32,000 bases of DNA, taken from an uncultured Syntrophobacter sp. (GTDB taxonomy: Bacteria; Desulfobacterota; Syntrophobacteria; Syntrophobacterales; Syntrophobacteraceae). Shown here one piece after another: positions 1-8,578 of the stretch (position 1 is the first letter of the stretch; every line of letters begins with the position of its first letter). Under the pieces are notes generated by a model that was given only the letters and a program-made list of their open reading frames with translations, ran no database searches and was not told the DNA's origin. The stretch is from NCBI GenBank assembly GCA_964539645.1, contig CAZIJV010000030.1, positions 3,200-35,199 of the forward strand, read 5' to 3'. Position numbers and translations under genes: made by a program.

Positions 1-62
1 TACGGGGGGACACGGTGAAGAGCCTTATTGGGGTTCAAACCCCAGTCGGAGTCACCCAACCC

Positions 63-1047
63 GTCATTCCCGCGGCTTTAGGCGGAACCCAGTGTCTTGC
101 AATTCACGACCCAAAGCGGAAGACTACTGGTATCTGAGCTTCCTTTGTTCGTCGACCTGCGAGTTTAGGTTTAAACCTTGCTTCTGTCTTGATAAACATA
201 CGAAAAGACGCTGGATTCCGGCTCAGGAGCGCCGCCGGAATGACGGGGTCCTGCGACAGCCCGAGGAGACCAAATACGCCGGTTTGCCCTCTATAACCTA
301 CGTCACAATGACATTGGCCAAACTTGTCAAAGGCGGGGTTCCCGTTGTTGCAGGTCCGATCTCCAATCCCAAACCGGTTTGCCGGGGAGCCTCCCACTCC
401 GTCATTCCGGCAGGGCTTCTGAGCCGGAATCCAGCCCGGGAACTGTATCCAGGTCCTTTTGAACTGCTTCGATAACCCTGCTACGCGGCGCCTTTACATG
501 GTTTGAAGGTGTCCAGGAGGGGACGTGGAAGCTTATATGAGACTCCATTTTTAAAGGAGCACGCCAGGGGAAGAATGTAGTATCATCCTCGTTAAAACCA
601 CGCCAAAGGCTTGGCGGCTCCCGCTGGATCTGGCTCAGGAGGTCTGCCGGAATGACGATTGTGATGCTGGCAGGAGTTCATTAGACATCCTCAAAAATTC
701 CGACTGCAATCATCATGGCGCCGTGGATAAGGGGGGTGAACACGATGAAATCGTGTCCACCGGCCTTTCCGCTCCACGCTCAACCACACGGGACGCAGAC
801 ATTTTCGTTATTGATGCACTCGTGGCAATCCGCCCTGTAACAGGCAATGCAACCGGTTTGTTCTGCTCGGTTATCGATACCGGGGATGGCGCCGGTATCG
901 ACGAGTTCTCCCCTGGGGCAACAACTGCAGTCATTAAGATCCACTTGATCCTCCTTGTAGAATTTCACTGTATGTTGGTCAGGTACTGCCCACACAAAGA
1001 CATGTCCAAGCTGAATCATTCCGGCTCAGATGCGCCGCCGGAATGAC
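63..1047. repeat. Cluster of five REP-like palindromic units (about 30-37 nt each) in alternating orientation
   Basis: Units lie at 63-92 (degenerate), 211-244, 401-434, 624-656 (degenerate 5' arm) and 1011-1047. The consensus is GTCATTCCGGC-N11-GCCGGAATCCAG or its reverse complement. The arms ATTCCGGC/GCCGGAAT form an 8-9 bp stem, for example 404-411 with 423-430 and 1017-1025 with 1037-1045. The loops of units 211-244 and 401-434 are near reverse complements of each other, which shows opposite orientation. The units account for the recurring VIPAGLLSRN / IPAQERRRND peptides in the ORF track. Confidence 0.8.
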
Positions 1048-1246
1048 GTAATGTGATGGCTCCTGATACCTCATTGTGTGGAGCTGTAAGTACTTTCTAT
1101 CCTTGTAGGGTAAGCAGTTTTTTTCGCTTTGCCGCCTGCTTCCGTGGTTTTTGCCTGGAGGTATGCTCAGCCAAAGCAATCAACGGGTTACTTTTAATGC
1201 GAAACAAGGTAAAGAGAACTGATGGGTTCCTGACTCTGACTGGAGA

Positions 1247-2902
1247 ATGAGCTTGCGTACTGTAATTCGCCTGGTGGTGTTACTGTTGGTCGTTTGTGGG
1301 GTCCCCGGTTCAGGGGAAGCTTCCGGGTACGACCTCGTAATCAGAGGCGGCATGGTCTATGACGGGTCCGGTGGGGCGCCCTTGAAAGCCGACATCGCCG
1401 TGCGCGGTGACCGGATCGCTGCGGTGGGGGACCTCCGCGGTGCTAAGGCCCGGAACGTCATCGATGCCGCCGGACTCGCCGTGGCGCCCGGGTTCATCAA
1501 TATGCTCTCCTGGTCGGGGGTGTCCCTGATCCTTGACGGACGCTGCCAGAGTGAGATCCGCCAGGGGGTTACGACCCAGATTATGGGAGAGGGCCATTCC
1601 ATGGGCCCGCTGACCGAAGAGATGAAGCAGCGCATCATCGCGACCCAGGGTGACTGGAAGTACGACATTGCCTGGACTACGCTCTCCGAGTACCTGACCT
1701 ACCTTGAGAAGCGGGGAATCTCGCCCAACGTATCTTCTTTCATCGGAGCGGGAACCATTCGGGAGCACGTGATAGGTCTTGAAAACAAAAAGGCCACTCC
1801 CGCTCAACTCGAGCAGATGTGCAACCTGGTGCGGAGCGAAATGGAGGCGGGCGCTCTCGGTATCGGCTCCTCCCTTGCTTATGCCCCGGACATGTTCGCC
1901 TCCACGGAAGAACTGATTGCTTTGTGCCGGGTGGCCGCGAAGTACAAGGGCATGTATATCTCTCACGTCCGCAATGAGGGCAGCAGCCTCATCGAAGCGG
2001 TTGACGAGCTTCTGCGCATCAGCCGGGAAGCGAAAATCCCGGCGGAGATATATCACTTGAAGGCGGGAGGTAAGGGAAACTGGCACAAAATCGACCAGGT
2101 GATAGCCATGGTGGAAGCAGCCCGCCGCGAAGGGCTTTCGATTTCTGCGGACATGTATCTCTACACCGCCAGCTCGAACAGGCTCTCCGCGAGGCTCCCG
2201 GACTGGGCCCACGACGGCGGTGACGAAGCCCTTCTGAGAAGACTCCGGAACCCGGCGCTCCGAAAGAGGATAAGCTCGGAGATGCATGCCAGGGGCAGGC
2301 AGCCTAAAACCCTTCTCATCGGCTTCGATGCCGATCACTTGCGCCCCCTGACCGGAAAGACACTTGAAGAGGCGGCCCGGCTCCGGGGAAAGGACCCGGT
2401 TGAAACCATGCTCGACCTGGTTGTCGAAGACAGGACAAAAACGCGGGTGGTGACCTTCACCATGAGTGAGGAGAATATCAGGAAAATACTTCGCCGGCCG
2501 TGGGTCTCACTCGGATCGGATGCCGTCGCCATTGCTACGGAGGGCATCTTCATAAAATCATCAACACATCCGCGCGCCTATGGAAACTTTGCCCGGCTGC
2601 TCGGTAAGTATGTGCGCGAGGAAAAGGTAATCCCGCTCCAGGAAGCCATCCGCCGCCTGACGGGACTTCCTGCTGCAAACCTGGGCCTGGACCGTCGCGG
2701 CCTGATCCGGGAGGGCTTTTATGCGGACATCGCCGTCTTCGATCCCGGGACGATCAGCGACCGGGCTACCTACGACAACCCCCATCAGTATGCAACCGGC
2801 ATGAAACACGTTCTGGTAAACGGTGTACAGGTGTTGAAGGAGGGCGAACACACGGGTGCAAAGCCGGGCCGGGCGTTGTGGGGAAGGGGGAAACGCGAGT
2901 GA
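1247..2902 (+). CDS. N-acyl-D-amino-acid deacylase (D-aminoacylase) family amidohydrolase with an N-terminal signal peptide
   Basis: The 551-aa ORF has a hydrophobic N-terminus (VIRLVVLLLVVCGVPGSGEASG). This is followed by the typical D-aminoacylase start YDLVIRGGMVYDGSG...ADIAVRGDRIAAVGDL and then APGFIN. The C-terminal FYADIAVFDP...ATYDNPHQYATGMKHVLVNG motif is also present. The antisense ORFs look like high-GC shadow frames. Confidence 0.8.
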   Translation: MSLRTVIRLVVLLLVVCGVPGSGEASGYDLVIRGGMVYDGSGGAPLKADIAVRGDRIAAVGDLRGAKARNVIDAAGLAVAPGFINMLSWSGVSLILDGRCQSEIRQGVTTQIMGEGHSMGPLTEEMKQRIIATQGDWKYDIAWTTLSEYLTYLEKRGISPNVSSFIGAGTIREHVIGLENKKATPAQLEQMCNLVRSEMEAGALGIGSSLAYAPDMFASTEELIALCRVAAKYKGMYISHVRNEGSSLIEAVDELLRISREAKIPAEIYHLKAGGKGNWHKIDQVIAMVEAARREGLSISADMYLYTASSNRLSARLPDWAHDGGDEALLRRLRNPALRKRISSEMHARGRQPKTLLIGFDADHLRPLTGKTLEEAARLRGKDPVETMLDLVVEDRTKTRVVTFTMSEENIRKILRRPWVSLGSDAVAIATEGIFIKSSTHPRAYGNFARLLGKYVREEKVIPLQEAIRRLTGLPAANLGLDRRGLIREGFYADIAVFDPGTISDRATYDNPHQYATGMKHVLVNGVQVLKEGEHTGAKPGRALWGRGKRE

Positions 2903-3026
2903 TGCAAAATTGCGGAGTTGATGTTTCTCTCCCTGGGTTTTTCTCACCAAGTTCTTGATTTTTAAACCATGCGTATATTTATTATCCCCACACAAGATCC
3001 CCAAGGTACAATTCGGAGGCTTCGGC

Positions 3027-4430
3027 ATGTTTGAAATCCTCGATCCGGTCCTGCTCTCACGCATTCAGTTCGCGTTCACCATTTCTTTCCATATAATATT
3101 TCCTTCCTTCACGATAGGCCTTGCCAGTTGGCTGGCGGTGCTGGAATGGAGGTGGCTGAAAACGGGTGACAACGCCTATGCGGAGGTCTACCGGCTGTGG
3201 GTCAAGATCTTCGCCGTCACCTTCGGCATGGGGGTTGTCTCGGGTGTGGTGATGTCCTTTCAATTCGGCACCAACTGGTCGGTTTTCGCCGATAAGTCCG
3301 CGAATGTGATCGGTCCGCTGCTGGGCTACGAGGTGATGACCGCCTTCTTCCTGGAGGCGTCCTTTCTTGGCGTTATGCTCTTCGGCTGGAACCGCGTCAG
3401 CAGGAGACTGCATTTTGCCTCAACCCTGATCGTGGCTGTCGGAACGCTATTTTCGGCTTTCTGGATACTTTCTGCCAGTAGTTGGATGCAGACTCCACAA
3501 GGGTTTCGAGTGGATGTAAACGGTCTATTCTACCCGACCGACTGGCTCAAAGTGATCTTCAATCCTTCATTTCCGTACCGGTTCGTCCATATGGTGACCG
3601 CCGCCTACCTGACCACGGCTTTTGTCGCCGGAGGAATAGGCGCCTTCTACCTGTGGCGTGGGCGAGTCATAAGACAGGCCCGGATCATGCTGGGAATGGC
3701 CATGATCATGGCGGTCCTGGTGGCCCCGATGCAACTGGTGTTTGGCGATCTGCACGGGATCAACTCGTTTGAATACCAGCCGGTCAAGGTTGCGGCAATA
3801 GAGGGTCTTTGGGAAACTCAGCGCGGCGCGCCCCTGGTGCTTTTCGGATGGCCGGATCAGGAGGCGGAGCGGACGAAGTATGCCGTTGAAATACCGGGGC
3901 TTTCGAGCCTGATTCTTACGCATGACCTGAAGGGCGAGGTGCGTGGCCTGAAGGCCTGGCCGAAAGCGCAACGGCCTCCCGTTCTCCCGGTGTTCTGGTC
4001 TTTCCGGCTGATGGTGGGACTCGGCATGCTGATGAGCCTGACCGGTCTGATGGCGCTGGTGCTCTACTTCAGAAAGCGGCTGTTCGATACGAAATGGTTT
4101 CAATACTGGTGCATGGCCATGACGCCGGCGGGGTTCCTGGCCGTCCTGGCGGGGTGGTTCGTGACGGAAATCGGGAGGCAGCCCTATATCATCCAGGGAG
4201 TGATGCAAACCTCCGAGGCAGTGTCCCCGGTGGCCGGCCCACCCATAGCCATTTCGCTGGCCGCTTTTTTCCTCACCTATTCCGTAATCTTTGGCGCCGG
4301 AGGGTATTACATAGTGAAGCTCATCAGGAAAGGCCCGGACATCGAACCGGAAACATACGGCGCCCATGGCGTCAAACAGCCTCCGCTCATTGCAAAAGCA
4401 GCTTCCGAAGAGGGAGGACAGCATGTTTAG
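3027..4430 (+). CDS. cydA: Cytochrome bd ubiquinol oxidase subunit I
   Basis: The N-terminus is the canonical MFEILDPVLLSRIQFAFTISFHIIFPSFTIGL. The protein is multi-pass and hydrophobic, with a Q-loop-like segment. I chose the ATG at 3027, preceded by GGAGG at 3015-3019, over the longer ORF start at 2955. Confidence 0.92.
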   Translation: MFEILDPVLLSRIQFAFTISFHIIFPSFTIGLASWLAVLEWRWLKTGDNAYAEVYRLWVKIFAVTFGMGVVSGVVMSFQFGTNWSVFADKSANVIGPLLGYEVMTAFFLEASFLGVMLFGWNRVSRRLHFASTLIVAVGTLFSAFWILSASSWMQTPQGFRVDVNGLFYPTDWLKVIFNPSFPYRFVHMVTAAYLTTAFVAGGIGAFYLWRGRVIRQARIMLGMAMIMAVLVAPMQLVFGDLHGINSFEYQPVKVAAIEGLWETQRGAPLVLFGWPDQEAERTKYAVEIPGLSSLILTHDLKGEVRGLKAWPKAQRPPVLPVFWSFRLMVGLGMLMSLTGLMALVLYFRKRLFDTKWFQYWCMAMTPAGFLAVLAGWFVTEIGRQPYIIQGVMQTSEAVSPVAGPPIAISLAAFFLTYSVIFGAGGYYIVKLIRKGPDIEPETYGAHGVKQPPLIAKAASEEGGQHV

Positions 4431-5439
4431 TTTCGAACATTACCTTGACCTGCCGCTCATCTGGTTCGGGCTGATCGTCACCGCTCTTTTCCTTTACGTG
4501 CTGTTGGACGGGTTCGATCTCGGCGTGGGCATTCTTTTTCCCTTCGCTCCTTCCGACCAGTGCCGGGACCGGATGATGAATTCTATCGCCCCTTTCTGGG
4601 ACGGCAACGAGACCTGGCTGGTATTGAGCGGAGGAGGACTTTTTGCGGCCTTCCCCCTGGCATATGCCATACTGATGCCCGCGCTCTACATGCCGGTGAT
4701 CCTCATGCTGCTCGGACTCATCTTCCGGGGAGTGGCGTTCGAGTTCCGATTCAAGGCGGTCAAATCCCGGTTCATCTGGGATTACGCCTTTCATTTTGGC
4801 TCTCTTGTCGCTGCCTTCATGCAGGGCATGATCATCGGGGCCGTGGTGAAAGGGATCACTGTACAGGGCAGAAGCTTTGCGGGTCATCCGTTCGACTGGT
4901 TGAGCGCCTACAGCTTCATGACCGGCGTGGGGCTATTGTTCGGTTATGCGCTGCTCGGGTCTACGTGGCTCATAATGAAAACCGATGGAGTCACACAGGA
5001 TTGGGCGCGAAAATGCGCTTCCTATGTGCTCGGTTATGTAGGAGTATTTCTGGGAATCGTGAGCATCAGCATGCCGCTCATGCATGATTATGTAAAGACC
5101 CTGTGGTTCAGCCTTCCGAATTTTCTCTACCTGCTTCCCATACCGCTTATTACCGCGGGCTGTTTCATCCTTATGTGGTCCGATCTTCACAAGGGCAGGG
5201 AATACCGGCCTTTCTTCCTGAGCATCGGAATATTCCTCACGGGCTACCTCGGGCTGGGGATAAGCACCTGGCCGTGGCTGGTTCCTTTTGCCTTCACCTT
5301 CCGAGAGACGGCCGCCGCGGCCACCTCTCAGTCTTTTCTGCTGATCGGAACGGCAGTGGCGCTTCCGGTGGTGCTCATCTACACGGGTTTTTGCTATTAC
5401 CTGTTCAGGGGCAAAGTGTCCCATGAAAGCTATTACTGA
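4423..5439 (+). CDS. cydB: Cytochrome bd ubiquinol oxidase subunit II
   Basis: The N-terminus LPLIWFGLIVTALFLYVLLDGFDLGVGILFP and the motif WDGNETWLV are typical of CydB. The ATG at 4423 overlaps the cydA stop (ATGTTTAG, 8-nt overlap), which indicates translational coupling. GGAGG lies at 4413-4417. Confidence 0.92.
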   Translation: MFSFEHYLDLPLIWFGLIVTALFLYVLLDGFDLGVGILFPFAPSDQCRDRMMNSIAPFWDGNETWLVLSGGGLFAAFPLAYAILMPALYMPVILMLLGLIFRGVAFEFRFKAVKSRFIWDYAFHFGSLVAAFMQGMIIGAVVKGITVQGRSFAGHPFDWLSAYSFMTGVGLLFGYALLGSTWLIMKTDGVTQDWARKCASYVLGYVGVFLGIVSISMPLMHDYVKTLWFSLPNFLYLLPIPLITAGCFILMWSDLHKGREYRPFFLSIGIFLTGYLGLGISTWPWLVPFAFTFRETAAAATSQSFLLIGTAVALPVVLIYTGFCYYLFRGKVSHESYY

Positions 5440-5558
5440 GAGGGGGCTGATGTGCTCCGAGCCCTGTCCCCGTATCGAGGAACGTTTACAATTTGGGCTC
5501 TGTAAGTATCTTATTCTAAAGGACTTTCTAAACAGAATAAAAAACTCTGGAGCTTGAA

Positions 5559-5909
5559 ATGCACAACTATCCGCGGCCCAAGAGCAGTATGCCGAAAAAA
5601 CCCACCCGATCCAGCTTGCATCCGCATGGCGCCCCCAGCTTTTCTGAAACGCTGGAAGGGCTCAAGCGCGGACTGGCAAATCTCGGAGCGCATCTGGCCG
5701 GCGCCGGCGCCGGTATTGCCGGAAACCTGATCGGAGGCCTCATGAATCTCAAAAACTCGGCAAAAGAGGGAAACGAAGAGGCTGAGGAGGCCTACCTCGA
5801 AGCTCTTTCGCTTCTCCGCAACTCCGGGAGTGACTTTGCCGACAGCCTTCTGAAGGACCTGGGCGAGGAAACGGAAGAAAAGGAACAGGATCGGGAGAGC
5901 CTGCAATAG
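5559..5909 (+). CDS. Hypothetical small protein with a Gly/Ala-rich amphipathic core and an acidic C-terminus
   Basis: The ORF is 116 aa, with GGAG 7 nt upstream of the ATG (5548-5551). I preferred it over the fully overlapping antisense ORF 5511-5906, which lacks a comparable ribosome-binding site. I recognised no family. Confidence 0.4.
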   Translation: MHNYPRPKSSMPKKPTRSSLHPHGAPSFSETLEGLKRGLANLGAHLAGAGAGIAGNLIGGLMNLKNSAKEGNEEAEEAYLEALSLLRNSGSDFADSLLKDLGEETEEKEQDRESLQ

Positions 5910-6030
5910 CAGATCGAACCCTTTCTTGCTCTATCTACCTGTCGCCCGTATGATTTTTTTCTCCGCACCCCGGTTGATATCCCTGAATTGTCGATTATAC
6001 TTCGCGGTTTTAAACAGGGAGATGATAATA

Positions 6031-6582
6031 ATGTCGAACGCGAAAGAATTTACGCTCTACAGCGGGGGGCTGAGGGGTTCTGAGGCTGAATTCGGAATCC
6101 AGGCCGAGAAGCATGGTGTCGGGGAAGTGACTTTTTCCTACGAGGGACACCAGTTGTCACGGGACAAGGGTCTGATCATGCTGAGTCCGGGAGAAATGAA
6201 AAGAGGCGACATCAGCATGGAAATCGTCTGTATGCGCATGAACCGGACCTACTCCAGCGCCGAGGCCATCCGCAAAGTGATGCAGATGATCTTCCACATG
6301 GTGAACAATGGGTTCCAGGTGTTTGCAGTCGGCTGGATTCAGCCGGACGACACCGTGAAAGGCGGAACCGGTTGGACCGTCGAACTGGCGAAACTGTTCA
6401 ACCGCCCTTTGAGTGTGTTCGACCAGGACCGTAAGGCCTGGTTTACCTGGAAAGACAACACCTGGGTGGAGAGTGCTCCGGTCATCGAACACAAGACTTT
6501 TGTCGGTACAGGCACGCGACACCTTTCCGAGGAAGGGAAAAAGGCCATTAGCGACCTTTTCCAACGCTCCTTCCGATCCTGA
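6031..6582 (+). CDS. Hypothetical protein, tentatively a SLOG/DprA-like Rossmann-fold nucleotide-binding protein
   Basis: I chose the start at ATG 6031, with AGGGAG at 6016-6021. The N-terminal LYSGGLRGSEAEFGIQAEKHG resembles the GGxxGxD/E glycine loop of DprA/LOG/DUF2493-type SLOG folds. The later GGTGWTVELAKLFNRPLSVFDQ resembles the second conserved GGT loop. The assignment is by eye only. Confidence 0.5.
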   Translation: MSNAKEFTLYSGGLRGSEAEFGIQAEKHGVGEVTFSYEGHQLSRDKGLIMLSPGEMKRGDISMEIVCMRMNRTYSSAEAIRKVMQMIFHMVNNGFQVFAVGWIQPDDTVKGGTGWTVELAKLFNRPLSVFDQDRKAWFTWKDNTWVESAPVIEHKTFVGTGTRHLSEEGKKAISDLFQRSFRS

Positions 6583-6655
6583 ATTCAGTTGCATTCTTTG
6601 GTGATCCCCGTGGACGCTTGCCATGTACCGGCATCCTGCAGGTGAGCGGATTTCC

Positions 6656-6702
6656 GCAAAATAGCGCAGGGCTCTTATTCTTTGAACTCTGCGCTATTTT
6701 GC
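6656..6702. repeat. Perfect 14-bp inverted repeat (stem-loop) between convergent genes
   Basis: GCAAAATAGCGCAG (6656-6669) is the exact reverse complement of CTGCGCTATTTTGC (6689-6702), with a 19-nt loop between them. No T-tract follows on either strand, so it is not a canonical intrinsic terminator. Confidence 0.8.
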
Positions 6703-6745
6703 ATGATGCTCTGGCTGGTGGGCTCGCGCCGAGTGTGAGGAGGAA

Positions 6746-7120
6746 TCAGCAGAGTTCAGTGAGTCTTTTGATGCTTGCCGGACTGAGATGGATCTTCCAG
6801 CCCTCGTAGACCGGCTCTTTCATCTTTGCGATATCCGCATCACTCCATTCGCCGGCAACTTCCCACAACGCCGGATCGAGGCTCCATGCCAGCTCGATGA
6901 GATTCTTCCGGGTCTCCGCACCCCGTGGATAATAATGGTCGGCAAAGGAAATCGGCTGCCTCATTTTTCTGATACAGTCTGCAGGCAATTCAATGCCTTC
7001 CTCTCCGTAGTTCGCTCCATCATCTCCGTCACCGTTGCCGTTTTCCGCACCATGGAGCGGCCAAATATACAGCTCGGCAAACGGAATGAGTCTGTCCAGG
7101 TAATCCTTGTAGTTGCTCAT
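6746..7120 (-). CDS. Hypothetical protein (124 aa)
   Basis: AAGGAG lies 6 nt upstream of the ATG (reverse complement of 7127-7132). The composition is protein-like. I recognised no family. Confidence 0.55.
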   Translation of the reverse strand: MSNYKDYLDRLIPFAELYIWPLHGAENGNGDGDDGANYGEEGIELPADCIRKMRQPISFADHYYPRGAETRKNLIELAWSLDPALWEVAGEWSDADIAKMKEPVYEGWKIHLSPASIKRLTELC

Positions 7121-7270
7121 GGCGATCTCCTTTCATTCCCTAAAGGCATAGACGGTGATTCATACAGGCTTGCCGAGACAGGCGCCTGAGTTAGCCCCCT
7201 ATTAACGTAAGGTGGGTTATAAAAAGGTTACTCGGGAGATCGCCACGCAGGGAGGTTCCATGGTTAGGAA

Positions 7271-8323
7271 TCACTCATCCACAATTCCTTCCTTCAGCGC
7301 GTGCAGGCTTATGATGGGTATGGGAATGTGGCTTCCTCTCTCCGGATCGTGGGCGTGCCGGTACGACATTCCGGGATTTCCCTGACAGCTCATTGTTTGC
7401 CAGCCCGCGACCAGGTAGGGGCATTCGTCATTGAAACAGATATAGAGGAACTCGGTGTCCCAGGTGCTGAAGGGGCTGTTCGGCGGAGTCCATTTTCTAA
7501 GCCTCATGCCGCAATACGGGCAGGAGTGCGAACTGGATCGGGGTTGCTCATCCGCCGCCGGTTGCGATGGCCGGGCTTCCATCAAATCCGTTAGATCCGG
7601 CCTGCGCCGGCTGTTTCCCTCATGAGCCCGTTTATCGGCGTAAACGGCGTATACCGGGTCGCTGGGGAGTCCGGTATGGTAATACTTGTCGTCCGGAGGC
7701 CGGGGCTTACCGCTCGAAATGAAGACGGCAGGTTCCTCAAAACGAGAGGCGCTCTCGAAGAAACTTTTTACAAGCTCAACTCTTTGGCTCTCTGCGCTTT
7801 CTCTCCAGATCTTTACGGCCTTCTCCGGGAACATGCGATTTGAAAAGATCACCAGGAAAAGGCCCCCTGGCTTGAGTACACGTCCCACTTCGGAAAAAAC
7901 CTCAACGGGCTTCGTCATATAATCCACGGAGACGGTATTGATGACGATGTCGAAAGTATCATCGCGAAAGGGCAAAACGGGATGCGCATTCAGATCGTGG
8001 ATGATACGCTCGGTGAGCCTCCCGTTGCGGTGCAGTTCGTTTATGTTGAGTCCGAGTCCGGTAACCTTCGCCGCGTTGAGGATTGCCGGGAGGTGAGAAT
8101 CCCAACTGGCCATCAAATCGAGAATGACCGGCTCTTTCTCTACCGCAAGAGCGCCGATAATTCTTGTTACCGTTTCCAGGGCAACCGAGTCGAGATGATG
8201 CACCATCCGGTCTTTGCGATAGAATTGCTCGTCGTTGGATTCATCGTGCCTGGAAAAAGCGTCTTCAGGGTGAAGCGAAAGCGTATGGGTGTGTTTCAGT
8301 ACGGTTTTTTCCTCTGCGCTCAT
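7271..8323 (-). CDS. Class I SAM-dependent methyltransferase with a C-terminal Cys4 zinc-ribbon-like extension
   Basis: Motif I-like VILDLMASWDSHLP and the post-I/II motifs FDIVINTVSVDYM...VLKPGGLFLVIFSN are typical of Methyltransf_11-like folds. The C-terminal roughly 100 aa carry CPYCG...CFNDECPY. I chose the ATG at 8323 (GGGAGGG upstream) over the TTG at 8338. Confidence 0.8.
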   Translation of the reverse strand: MSAEEKTVLKHTHTLSLHPEDAFSRHDESNDEQFYRKDRMVHHLDSVALETVTRIIGALAVEKEPVILDLMASWDSHLPAILNAAKVTGLGLNINELHRNGRLTERIIHDLNAHPVLPFRDDTFDIVINTVSVDYMTKPVEVFSEVGRVLKPGGLFLVIFSNRMFPEKAVKIWRESAESQRVELVKSFFESASRFEEPAVFISSGKPRPPDDKYYHTGLPSDPVYAVYADKRAHEGNSRRRPDLTDLMEARPSQPAADEQPRSSSHSCPYCGMRLRKWTPPNSPFSTWDTEFLYICFNDECPYLVAGWQTMSCQGNPGMSYRHAHDPERGSHIPIPIISLHALKEGIVDE

Positions 8324-8358
8324 TCCGATCCCTCCCAACCGGGTAATAGTGTGCCCAT

Positions 8359-8395
8359 AAAAAAAACCAGGATACAGAATCTTCTGTAAACCTGG
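8359..8395 (-). terminator. Putative rho-independent terminator or 5'-leader hairpin
   Basis: The minus strand reads CCAGG-TTT-ACAGA-AGAT-TCTGT-AT-CCTGG followed by T8 (reverse complement of the A8 run at 8359-8366). It lies downstream of the 8579-8983 ORF and only about 35 nt upstream of the methyltransferase start. Confidence 0.55.
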
Positions 8396-8578
8396 CTCGT
8401 GCCCCGTTTCCGGGCAGGTTTCACGTACATGTCACCAATAGTAGAAGTAAAATTAAACAATAAGATTCATTTGTCAATATTCATTTCACGAGCAGGGCAC
8501 GACGAGGAGGCGCGGAATATTCCGGGGCTTCAAGGAGGAGTGTTCGGTGTTTCGGCCTGCTTCGCGGGCTTTGGCCGT

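Noticed and set aside
29-57. tRNA- or tmRNA-like 3' end at the window edge (TGGGG-TTCAAA-CCCCA followed by GTCGGAGTCACC).
   Set aside because: The loop is 6 nt rather than the canonical 7-nt T-loop. A 7-nt loop leaves only 3 clean base pairs. There is no CCA, and no recognisable acceptor partner because the 5' part lies outside the window. This is not supportable as an RNA gene.
92-475. ORFs 92-475 (+) and 104-397 (-) as protein-coding genes.
   Set aside because: Both run through three REP-like palindromes, and their most striking peptide motifs (VIPAGLLSRNPA, IPAQERRRND) are just translations of the repeats. There is no ribosome-binding site or family resemblance.
1310-2338. Long antisense or out-of-frame ORFs inside well-supported genes (1310-2338, 3567-4424, 4387-4887, 4933-5424, 11936-12532, 13171-13959, and many inside 22.5-31.5 kb).
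   Set aside because: They are typical shadow ORFs of high-GC coding sequence. They are Arg/Gly/Pro-rich and low-complexity, fully nested in genes with strong family signatures, and lack ribosome-binding sites.
5450-5566. A small ORF after cydB (MCSEPCPRIEERLQFGLCKYLILKDFLNRIKNSGA) as a CydX-like third subunit.
   Set aside because: It is not hydrophobic and has no single-TM helix like CydX or CydS. It is probably non-coding.
5511-5906. The minus-strand 131-aa ORF overlapping the 5559-5909 plus-strand ORF.
   Set aside because: I saw no Shine-Dalgarno sequence. The plus-strand ORF has GGAG at good spacing. Neither ORF is strongly supported, so only the plus-strand one is listed, at low confidence.
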